Virus record (IMG/VR): IMGVR_UViG_3300028044_000003
Coordinates: 1-64,000 of that record
Direction: 5' to 3' (one strand)
DNA: 64,000 nt
From: a virus
Part shown: one piece after another, positions 10,649 through 19,044 of the stretch
How the letters are laid out: each line of letters begins with the position of its first letter
Position numbering within the stretch: the stretch's first letter is position 1
Notes under the pieces: generated by a model
The model's database searches: none
What the model was told of the DNA's origin: nothing
What the model saw: only the letters and a program-made list of their open reading frames with translations
Program-made: the position numbers and the translations under genes

Positions 10649-11221
10649 TTAACATGTTTTACAATCTAACTTATCTAAAAGTTTTACTGCGTAATTAAAC
10701 AAAGTTATACCTTTTTCCGGTTCGTGACAATACTCTACTTTAGCTTTGGCCGCGTCAATATATCTTTTAATTAAAGTTAAATAGTTTAATTTATCTTTTA
10801 TATCTTTTGGAGGTTCACAATCAGACAATTCTAACTCACAAAGTAAATTGTTATATCTTCTTAAAGCTTTACTAATTCTTAGATGATTATATTCTACATA
10901 TACTGTTTCGTTTGGTGAAACACTATATTTTATAATGTATATACCATCAGGTAGATTATTATAAGAGTTACCACAATCATCTTTTTGTAATTCTAAGTCA
11001 CAGGCTGTAAGATTTAGATTAAAGTAAAACCCGGCACCTATGTTACCAGGAAATAAACGACTCTCTTCAAATACAATAGAACGATTAAATCCTGGAGGAG
11101 TTACTAGTAATACCGGACACTTTAAAGCTACGTATTCGCTATAAACACTAGTGTCAATGATTTTAATTATACAAGTATTACTTACTTCAGGTATTTCTAA
11201 ACTCAAAACGTGATTGGCCAT
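10649..11221 (-). CDS. Virion structural protein (ring/collar-type)
   Basis: LPDGIYIIKYSV motif; position in the crAss-like structural block. Confidence 0.55.
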   Translation of the reverse strand: MANHVLSLEIPEVSNTCIIKIIDTSVYSEYVALKCPVLLVTPPGFNRSIVFEESRLFPGNIGAGFYFNLNLTACDLELQKDDCGNSYNNLPDGIYIIKYSVSPNETVYVEYNHLRISKALRRYNNLLCELELSDCEPPKDIKDKLNYLTLIKRYIDAAKAKVEYCHEPEKGITLFNYAVKLLDKLDCKTC

Positions 11222-11280
11222 GACTAGTCTTTATAAAAATATACAAAATATTTTGGACTTATTACTAAAGTATAAAGATA

Positions 11281-11313
11281 AAAAAACCCGGACTAAGCCG
11301 GGTTATTTTTTTT
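11281..11313. terminator. Intrinsic terminator, possibly bidirectional
   Basis: AACCCGG-ACTAAG-CCGGGTT flanked by A and T runs. Confidence 0.7.
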
Positions 11314-11324
11314 AAGATAATTAA

Positions 11325-13046
11325 TTAAGTTAATAACGGAGCAACAGGTATCGGTAAAGGTTCTGTATCACAAGAAGAACATCCAAAATATTCTGTATCT
11401 GGACAGTTATCACAATTACCAATAGATCCATCCCAAACACTTAAAAACGCGTTTACAGGAAAAGATTTTGGAAAAATTACCTCTAATAAGTAACGATCAT
11501 TATCAAATACTCCTGTAGGATTATTAAATCTTGGAACACTATGTTGAATATAAAAACGGTCGTACATAGCATTTCTATCAACAGCATTTAAAACATCGCT
11601 TCCTTGAGTAATCTCACGTATTCTGATATCTGTTGCAAAAAAGTTTTGTAAATAAGACTCCGATAAAATTAAATCTCTTAAAACTTGTTCACCAAAACCA
11701 ATACCTTGTTTACCAGGACATTCTTCTACAATACAAATTTGATTAAAACAAGCATCACCATTAATATCTACTAGTTGAGCATAAATCTTAATAGGTTCTT
11801 TTTCAAAGAAATCTGTAATTTGGAATGAACAATTACCAAACTTAGTATCAACATAAGCTCCTTCTAAACGTAAACCTGCACAACAAGTAGGAGGTTCTTC
11901 CACAAGACAAGTTGTACTCCAATCAATAGCTGTCTGAGACTCTTTGTAATTATTAGTTACGGTTCCGTCAGGATTTATTGTAGCCCATTCGAATATACCG
12001 TTATTAGTACCAGGAGCAAACCATGCTTGACCAGTATAATCAAATACTACAGGGCTTATAAAATCTCTTAAATAAGGATCATTAACAATTTGTTCAGCCC
12101 ACTGTAAATAAATAAGAGTAGGATCAACAGGAGTACATACGTCACAAATTGCTTCTCTTAAACTTGGACATGCTGCGCCACCATTTAATTGAGCTTCAGT
12201 CACAACTGGATTACAACAAGTACCTCCCTGAGCTAAAAGAGTTCTATAAAGATTGTGATTAGCGAAACGTAATGCTGGAGATCCTTTTACATCAATTCTT
12301 AGATAGTAATTTTTTTCACAACAAAACGTAGGACAACAATTTTCATCAACACTAGTTACACTAACAGTTGCTACTGTAATAGTAAATATTTCACCACCAG
12401 CTTCTGCTATTAATACATCAGTATCAGTATATTTTACACCAGCATTGGTAATTGTAGTACTAGTAATAGCACCTGATTCAACAACTACTGTTACAACAGC
12501 ACCATAACCAGTACCTCCTGTAAGAGCAATAGTATATGTTCCATCAGCAGGAATCGAACCAAAAGAACCATCGGTAGTAAAACTAACAATTTTACCAGAT
12601 AATCTAAGATTGGTTAATCCGATATGAACTACAGCTTGTTCTGGTAAACATGATTCAACAGCGTATGATTTCTGAATATACTTGGGATTAATTACTTTAG
12701 ACTTATTTGTTTCTTTGTAACCACCGTGATATGGTCCAATTTTATCGTTGGTTAATAAGGAAGAACCAGCAATAATAAAAGGACAACATTTAGTATTTGC
12801 ATATCCTGATGACGCTGTATCCTCTATATTATAGAGCTTATATGTTTTCGCGTCAAAAAGTCCTATATAACCCGGAGGAAATTTTGCAAGATCTGCCGTA
12901 GTAAAATTAGGATCTTGAGATACAATTACTCCTGCGTCTGTTTCAACAGGTGTAGTAATATTAGTACCAGGTACTTTGTCTCCTGGATTTAAAGTTGCTC
13001 CATTAACTAAGAAGCGTTTTGTAAAAGAATGATTAAAATAACTCAT
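11325..13046 (-). CDS. Virion structural protein (auxiliary capsid/stabiliser-like), Cys-rich
   Basis: Own promoter-like motif and terminator, downstream of the MCP block. Confidence 0.55.
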   Translation of the reverse strand: MSYFNHSFTKRFLVNGATLNPGDKVPGTNITTPVETDAGVIVSQDPNFTTADLAKFPPGYIGLFDAKTYKLYNIEDTASSGYANTKCCPFIIAGSSLLTNDKIGPYHGGYKETNKSKVINPKYIQKSYAVESCLPEQAVVHIGLTNLRLSGKIVSFTTDGSFGSIPADGTYTIALTGGTGYGAVVTVVVESGAITSTTITNAGVKYTDTDVLIAEAGGEIFTITVATVSVTSVDENCCPTFCCEKNYYLRIDVKGSPALRFANHNLYRTLLAQGGTCCNPVVTEAQLNGGAACPSLREAICDVCTPVDPTLIYLQWAEQIVNDPYLRDFISPVVFDYTGQAWFAPGTNNGIFEWATINPDGTVTNNYKESQTAIDWSTTCLVEEPPTCCAGLRLEGAYVDTKFGNCSFQITDFFEKEPIKIYAQLVDINGDACFNQICIVEECPGKQGIGFGEQVLRDLILSESYLQNFFATDIRIREITQGSDVLNAVDRNAMYDRFYIQHSVPRFNNPTGVFDNDRYLLEVIFPKSFPVNAFLSVWDGSIGNCDNCPDTEYFGCSSCDTEPLPIPVAPLLT

Positions 13047-13115
13047 TGTGTTTTGATTTTAAGATTAATAAACAATATTATAATATAAGAAACAATTTTT
13101 TACTATCCAAATTTT

Positions 13116-13823
13116 TTAATTATTTTGTTCAACTTGTTGTGATTGTCTTTGATATTGAACCAACGATTCTATATCTCCTGCAATTATTTTTGAAGCTTCG
13201 TCAATAATTACCTCAACAATATCATCTTTAAATTCTGAAGTAACATTGACTGTAGAAACGGTTTGGGTATAAGGATTACTTTGTCCTAATATTTCTATTT
13301 TACGAGGTTGACGATAATAAACTAAAGAAGCTTTTTTAATGTCAAACTCATTATTAGTATAGATTCTAACTCTATTATTTAATAGAGTACAAACAGTTTC
13401 TCTCCACTCAAAGTTAGGTTTTCTATTAAAATCTTTTAAGATTTCTGGTATATTACCTTCTTCTACTTGATAAACAATCATATTTTTGGAACCTGGACAA
13501 CAATCGCTTGAACCTTTAATATCTAACCGTTTCCAATGAAAATAGTTATCCGGTATCAATGAAGTTTCGTAAAACAAATCTTTTTTGAAAAGATTAAAGT
13601 CATGAATAGTAAGTAAAACCTGGAAATCATCAATACGTCTAGAAGAAGATTCATCCCCTTCTTTTAATTGATTAATACCATGTAAGTTTCTACGAGACCA
13701 GTCTGATTGAGCTTTATTAAAAGCTTCTATAATGGCCCAGTCTTCGATATTGTCAAAATCGTTACTAGACAGTTTATTCAACCTCTGTTTTATTTTTAAT
13801 AAAATTGTCTCATTGTTTAACAT
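13116..13823 (-). CDS. Ring / head-tail connector protein
   Basis: IIEAFNKAQ ... YYRQPRKI ... EF.DDIVEVIIDEA adaptor-like pattern; position downstream of MCP. Confidence 0.6.
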   Translation of the reverse strand: MLNNETILLKIKQRLNKLSSNDFDNIEDWAIIEAFNKAQSDWSRRNLHGINQLKEGDESSSRRIDDFQVLLTIHDFNLFKKDLFYETSLIPDNYFHWKRLDIKGSSDCCPGSKNMIVYQVEEGNIPEILKDFNRKPNFEWRETVCTLLNNRVRIYTNNEFDIKKASLVYYRQPRKIEILGQSNPYTQTVSTVNVTSEFKDDIVEVIIDEASKIIAGDIESLVQYQRQSQQVEQNN

Positions 13824-13826
13824 TAA

Positions 13827-14114
13827 TTACCATTTTACTTTATTAGCCCAATAAGCCGCACTCATTTTACCTTTTGATATATTACTAGCGTGTCTTGCTT
13901 TAAAAGATTCTCTACGATTACGACTACTTTCTGATTCTCCTTCTTTTTTTGGAGAACCAGATACACCCTGTTGACCAAAGCGAATAGTCTTTACTTGATC
14001 ACCAGATTTAGCTACTACAACGTGCGATTTTGTCGGGTGACTAGGAGTTTTTTTTGGTTTATTATAACCACTAACTCCGGCTTTAGTAAGTCTAGAATCT
14101 TTTTTTGTAGACAT
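13827..14114 (-). CDS. Small basic phage protein (DUF6321-like)
   Basis: IRFGQQG ... RRESFKARH ... SAAYWANKVKW. Confidence 0.6.
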   Translation of the reverse strand: MSTKKDSRLTKAGVSGYNKPKKTPSHPTKSHVVVAKSGDQVKTIRFGQQGVSGSPKKEGESESSRNRRESFKARHASNISKGKMSAAYWANKVKW

Positions 14115-14116
14115 AA

Positions 14117-14359
14117 CTATCTGTTTTTACCTTTATGTAAACCGTGTGACGCATGTTGTTTTCCAGTTCTTGTAGCTTCTCTTTTCTTAGCATTTGCTTG
14201 TGCTAATTTTTTTCTACCAGATTCTGTACTTTTTAATTTTGATATAGTCTTGGTCGGAGCATATACTTCACCAGTTTCCCCAGAAGGTTTACCGGACGAA
14301 GTAGTCCACTGTTGTTTAGTCCAACGATCTAAACTTTTTTGTGATATAGTTTTAGCCAC
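14117..14359 (-). CDS. Small basic protein (DUF5872-related, C-terminal half-like)
   Basis: QKSLDRWTKQQWTTSSGKPS...GEVYAP motif. Confidence 0.6.
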   Translation of the reverse strand: MAKTISQKSLDRWTKQQWTTSSGKPSGETGEVYAPTKTISKLKSTESGRKKLAQANAKKREATRTGKQHASHGLHKGKNR

Positions 14360-14556
14360 TATTTACTAAAAGTTTTTAAAACCGACATTTGTTCATTAGC
14401 TAATTTTTTTACATCAGACATCATTTTAGAATCTTTACGTATTTCGTCAGCTCTTTTTAAAGTACTCAACGCATTTTCGATTTCCCATTTTCTTTCTGAA
14501 GCTACCAAACCTCCAGTTTTTTTAACGCTAGGTTTTTTAGATGTACTTTTTTTCAT
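14359..14556 (-). CDS. Small basic hypothetical protein
   Basis: Translationally coupled Lys-rich ORF. Confidence 0.55.
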   Translation of the reverse strand: MKKSTSKKPSVKKTGGLVASERKWEIENALSTLKRADEIRKDSKMMSDVKKLANEQMSVLKTFSK

Positions 14557-14561
14557 GATTA

Positions 14562-14753
14562 CTATTTTTTAGTTTTATAACCACCACCTTTTGATTTGTA
14601 CTCTTTTGCTAGTAACTGAGCTTTACGAGCCGACCACTCTCCGGGATCGCCACCCTTAGAACCAGCTTTAATCTTTTCAAATAAAGATTTTCTCATACTT
14701 GGTTTGGTATAGTTACCTGCTTCGTTAACCTTTGATTTAGTACTCTTAGTCAT
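14562..14753 (-). CDS. Small basic protein (DUF5872-related, N-terminal half-like)
   Basis: NYTKP.MRK...IKAGSKGG.PGEWSARKAQLLAKEYK..GGGY. Confidence 0.65.
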   Translation of the reverse strand: MTKSTKSKVNEAGNYTKPSMRKSLFEKIKAGSKGGDPGEWSARKAQLLAKEYKSKGGGYKTKK

Positions 14754-15772
14754 TACTTATTCCATTGAACTTCTAATCGTTTCATCAAATCTTCAAGAAT
14801 CTTTTCGTTTAAAGGATTCTTTAAAAACTCTACACACTCTGAAGGATTTCTTCCGATAATTGTATTAGTCGATAAGTGATATATAACCCCATCAGCTTTT
14901 GGAGCGATGTATTTGTAATAAGACGAATCGTTAACTATAGCTTTAAGTTTTAACGTTTCCATATCTAAAGCGGCAGCTTCCATAAATTGTTTAGGAGCTT
15001 TCTTAGTACTTTTTTCAATACCTTCCCCGTTTATATACTTATCCATGTTATCATAAACAATATCGTTAGGTGTATTCTTTTTATATTGAACAGAGTTTCC
15101 GTCAATACTTTTAGCTACTAACCACAACTTATTAGTATTCTTATCAAATAATTTTTGTAATTCAGCAAGAGCTTTATTACGTAATTTTTTGATTTCGGTT
15201 TTAGTAGAAATAGTATCTACAGATTTATCTAAATAAAACTTATAAGGAAAACTACTCATACGGGCCCATTCAAAACTTTTAGCTATCAACGAAAATCCAC
15301 CGGCTTCAATAGCATGAAGTTTTATAAGATCCATAGGTTCTGTATGAATATTCAAATGGATCTCACTATTACTACATCTCATAGTAATATTACCCCAAAA
15401 AATATCATTATCAGGTCTTAATAATTTTACTTTAGACCAAAACTGAGGATCATCTTCGTCTATAATATTAGACGATAATTCTTTTTCAAGCTGGGCCACA
15501 GTTCTTCTTATTTCTAAGATTTTACCTTTTTTTTCTTCAGGATCCGCAATTGTTTTAATTTCAGGAGCAAATTCGTTTAACCCAGTAAGATATCTTCTTA
15601 TTCCGTTATTTTCAACGTAAGCGAGTTGTTCTTCCTGGTATACTCCATCGAATACAACCATGTTGTAATTCTCAAGACCCATGTTTTCTTTTGCACGATC
15701 TACATAGGGTTTTACAGTAATTGTGTTTTTTACTTCTACTGTAGTTGTTGGTTTTTCTAAAGTACTAGTCAT
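14753..15772 (-). CDS. Conserved crAss-like protein downstream of MCP
   Basis: 339-aa ORF at a syntenic position. Confidence 0.55.
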   Translation of the reverse strand: MTSTLEKPTTTVEVKNTITVKPYVDRAKENMGLENYNMVVFDGVYQEEQLAYVENNGIRRYLTGLNEFAPEIKTIADPEEKKGKILEIRRTVAQLEKELSSNIIDEDDPQFWSKVKLLRPDNDIFWGNITMRCSNSEIHLNIHTEPMDLIKLHAIEAGGFSLIAKSFEWARMSSFPYKFYLDKSVDTISTKTEIKKLRNKALAELQKLFDKNTNKLWLVAKSIDGNSVQYKKNTPNDIVYDNMDKYINGEGIEKSTKKAPKQFMEAAALDMETLKLKAIVNDSSYYKYIAPKADGVIYHLSTNTIIGRNPSECVEFLKNPLNEKILEDLMKRLEVQWNK

Positions 15773-15795
15773 TGTTTTATAATTGTTGGTTTAAG

Positions 15796-15840
15796 AGCTG
15801 AGTACAGGATACGAACCCGTCAAAGTGCATATTACTCAGC
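15796..15840 (-). ncRNA. tRNA-like minihelix (acceptor stem + T arm only)
   Basis: GCTGAGT-13nt-ACGGG TTCGTAT CCTGT-ACTCAGC. Confidence 0.55.
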
Positions 15841-15850
15841 TTAATAGTTA

Positions 15851-15985
15851 TTAACAAGCTTTTTTCATAGATCCACCTTTTTTCATCATAGAGGTTTTAC
15901 TTGTTTTTTTAGAACCGCCATACATCATTGAAGGTTTAGCTGAAGCTGTTTTTGTAGCTTTTTTAGTAGGAGTTTTTGTTTTCAT
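15851..15985 (-). CDS. 44-aa Lys-rich peptide, not in ORF track
   Basis: MKTKTPTKKATKTASAKPSMMYGGSKKTSKTSMMKKGGSMKKAC; A-rich leader. Confidence 0.6.
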   Translation of the reverse strand: MKTKTPTKKATKTASAKPSMMYGGSKKTSKTSMMKKGGSMKKAC

Positions 15986-16012
15986 TGTTTGAAAATTTAG
16001 TGATTATAATAA

Positions 16013-16045
16013 TAAGAGAGCTGTTTTCACAGCCCTCTTTTTTTT
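16013..16045. terminator. Hairpin/terminator after MCP
   Basis: AAGAGAGCTGT..ACAGCCCTCTT hairpin immediately after the stop. Confidence 0.55.
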
Positions 16046-16046
16046 A

Positions 16047-17675
16047 CTAGAATGATCCACCGGTAATCGGGTTTCTCATAACAATCTTTAACACTTTAGT
16101 TGGATCTTTTACCCAAATAGCCGGGAATGTTTGAGACATATACACGCGGTAACCGTTAAATTGACCAGATGAGTTAAACCCTTGAGTTTTACCCATGTAA
16201 TCCATAGTACCATTTTGATACCACCATTTCAATTGATTATCCCAAGCTAATTTTAACAAGTAAATGTTATCATTAGTGTTATCAGTAACATCAAAAATAA
16301 TGTAGTTATAAGAACTTAACGGGAAACCATCGATCAATGGGTTTTCAATATCGTTAGTATGAACGTTGTCAAATGCCGGATTCAATACAAATTTTACATT
16401 TGCTAAGAAAGGAATAACGTAGCTAGTATAAGCAAATCCAAAATTCAAGTCCATACCTTGACCAGTGATAGCGCCAATACCATTATTAGCAGCAGCCTGG
16501 ATAACAAGACCTGAATTAGCAGCTTCTCTTTTGATTGATTCGTTAATAAGTTTCATACCTCCCATACCAGTTTGTACGATAAGTTGTCTCTTAGGATCTG
16601 GACCTTGAAACTCAACGCGACCGTTGTAGAAATTATAAATCTCAGAACGGAACAACTCTAAGCTAAAACTTATTTTGTTATAAACACGTTTAAAAGAGTT
16701 ATCTAATTGTTTCCAAAGACCTACAGATAATCTGATATCATCCGGACCATCTTGTTTAACTCTACCACCATGACCCCACATTAAGTAAGTCTCAATGTCA
16801 GTAGCAATTTTAGTTAAGTGAGCAGCTTCTAAAGAAGTCAAGAAAGTTCTAGTTAATGTACCATTTGCCATAGCTTTTTTAACATAATCTTTACCCTTAA
16901 AAGCAACGATATCTTCAATCTTACTAATAGACGGATCTAAAGATTTATCAAAATTTCTCCAGATTTCAGTTACAGGAACTGCGCCATCAGCTTTCATACC
17001 ACCTTTAATCATCAAGTCTGCGCGACTAGAGATAGAATAATGAACGTGAGCTTCAGCACCACCTACGTAGTTGTAAAATTCACGGAAACCAGATTTAGTG
17101 ATAATATCAGAAAATCTTTCACCGTACTCACCACGAGCAGAACCTTTACGGAAGAATTTAGTACCAGAAGCTAAATACTTGTTATCCAAGAATTTAAAGT
17201 TATCATTGTTCACTAATTGAACAGTGTAGATGTAACCGTCAGATACTGGTAAAATATCTTCAGTTGGTGTAATGTACAATTCAAGACCATTGTACTTGTC
17301 GTAAGTAATAATGTCACCACTACCAAACTCTCTACGAGATAATTTGATTTTAAAGGTTTGACCATCAATACCTTTGTTTGTGTTATCTGGTTCTACGTCA
17401 TCGATTACATAAGGTAGATCCTGAGATACAGGAGTCTGCCACTTATATTCACCACGAGCGTTATCTACCATGATAACGTTTTTTCCACCAAATGATGACA
17501 TTTGATAAAGAGGCATCTCAACCTTCTGTGTCATAGCCCATATATCTACAGGGCCCATGTCCATAGGTTCAGCGTCTTTAAGCATGTTCACCAAGTGATA
17601 AGAATCTACGTGAGACGAAGCTTGATAGTTCGTGTCGCGTAGGAAAATACCATTGTTAAATACTGGAGTTGCCAT
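16047..17675 (-). CDS. Major capsid protein (crAss-like, HK97 fold)
   Basis: 542 aa, high-expression codon bias, order terminase-portal-scaffold-MCP, GLWKQL and QTGMGG motifs. Confidence 0.8.
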   Translation of the reverse strand: MATPVFNNGIFLRDTNYQASSHVDSYHLVNMLKDAEPMDMGPVDIWAMTQKVEMPLYQMSSFGGKNVIMVDNARGEYKWQTPVSQDLPYVIDDVEPDNTNKGIDGQTFKIKLSRREFGSGDIITYDKYNGLELYITPTEDILPVSDGYIYTVQLVNNDNFKFLDNKYLASGTKFFRKGSARGEYGERFSDIITKSGFREFYNYVGGAEAHVHYSISSRADLMIKGGMKADGAVPVTEIWRNFDKSLDPSISKIEDIVAFKGKDYVKKAMANGTLTRTFLTSLEAAHLTKIATDIETYLMWGHGGRVKQDGPDDIRLSVGLWKQLDNSFKRVYNKISFSLELFRSEIYNFYNGRVEFQGPDPKRQLIVQTGMGGMKLINESIKREAANSGLVIQAAANNGIGAITGQGMDLNFGFAYTSYVIPFLANVKFVLNPAFDNVHTNDIENPLIDGFPLSSYNYIIFDVTDNTNDNIYLLKLAWDNQLKWWYQNGTMDYMGKTQGFNSSGQFNGYRVYMSQTFPAIWVKDPTKVLKIVMRNPITGGSF

Positions 17676-17707
17676 TTTTAAATAATTGTTTTTATTGTGA
17701 ATTAATG

Positions 17708-18931
17708 TTAATCTCTTCTAAAAAAGTTTTTTGATGGTTTTTGTATTGTTTGTTTTTTCAAATTACGTTTATTATCATCATCGTTTGTTATAACAGCAGA
17801 ACCACCTTTTTTAAGACTTTCTTCTGTTTTCAAACTTCTTACAGTTTTTTCAGTCGCAATCTTTTCTCCAAGATTTAAAACTTTTTCTCTATAACCTTTA
17901 GGGTCAGCTAAAAGGTATAAAGCTTCAGCTACTAAAGCGTGGTTAGGTTCTACGAACTGATACTTTTCAAGTAAATGACCTAAAAGACTAGTCTGGTTAC
18001 CGGTTACTGAAGGATAATTCATGTTTACTAAACCGGTATAAAGAATGTTTTGAACTTTTTTATCTAGTTTTATACCATTCAAATCACCAGGGGCCAAAGC
18101 ATTATATACGTTTTCGATATATATCTCAGCCTGTTCTTCTTGTTTTCTTTTTAAAACTTCTTGTTGTTTTAACTTTTTAGTTACTTCTTGCTCAGTTAAT
18201 TCATCAAGTTTTGGTTTAAAATTACCGGCTTTTTGTTCAAGAACGTTTTGGTCTTTCCAAAGCTGGATTTGTTCTTCTATCTCTTCGTTATTAAACTTAG
18301 TAGTAGCTGACAAATATTTAAAAATTATCGTTTCACTATCAGTAGAAGGATCTAGTTCTTTAACTTCTTCTACATGAGAAAGAACTCTAAACAAAGATTT
18401 TAAATCATTACCACCATCGGCTATATATTTAGCCGCGTACTGCATCTCTGGAGGAAGAGCTTCAAAAAACTCTTTAGTCGTTTTTCCTCTAAGATTACTT
18501 TCCTGGTTATGAAGATTAGCTTCAATAAGTTCTTCAAGATCTTCTTGACTATAATCTTCTAAAGGTTTATCATCTTCAAAAGGTACTAATGAACCTTTTT
18601 CAAAAAGTTTATTAAGGGTTGATACCATAAGATCTTTAGATACTTTTGGTCTACCCCCTTTATCTTTTAATTCTTCTTCTTGTTCTACCGATAAAGTATC
18701 ATCTATTTCTTCTGCCGAAATTACAGTTTCTACTTTCTTTTCTTCAGTTACCTGTTTTTTATCTTTTAGATCAGGGTTGTCAAGGAACTCTTTTTCATCT
18801 TTACCAGGGGCTTGAAACATTTTTTCTTTCTCTGGTTCAGTATTAATCAATCCTTCTGTCGATGTTCCAAAAAGATTTTGAAGATTTAGATCTTCTTCTA
18901 ATACTTGGGTACTTTCTTTAATTTGCGTCAT
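17708..18931 (-). CDS. Putative scaffold protein
   Basis: Acidic disordered N-terminus and coiled coil; between portal and MCP. Confidence 0.6.
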   Translation of the reverse strand: MTQIKESTQVLEEDLNLQNLFGTSTEGLINTEPEKEKMFQAPGKDEKEFLDNPDLKDKKQVTEEKKVETVISAEEIDDTLSVEQEEELKDKGGRPKVSKDLMVSTLNKLFEKGSLVPFEDDKPLEDYSQEDLEELIEANLHNQESNLRGKTTKEFFEALPPEMQYAAKYIADGGNDLKSLFRVLSHVEEVKELDPSTDSETIIFKYLSATTKFNNEEIEEQIQLWKDQNVLEQKAGNFKPKLDELTEQEVTKKLKQQEVLKRKQEEQAEIYIENVYNALAPGDLNGIKLDKKVQNILYTGLVNMNYPSVTGNQTSLLGHLLEKYQFVEPNHALVAEALYLLADPKGYREKVLNLGEKIATEKTVRSLKTEESLKKGGSAVITNDDDNKRNLKKQTIQKPSKNFFRRD

Positions 18932-19044
18932 AAGGTTGGTTTTATTTCTTTGACATTAATAATATACTCAAAAATATAAACTTAAACATAAAAAAGTTGC
19001 TTTTGAATATTTAACATATCTAATTTACTGCACTATAACGCTAA

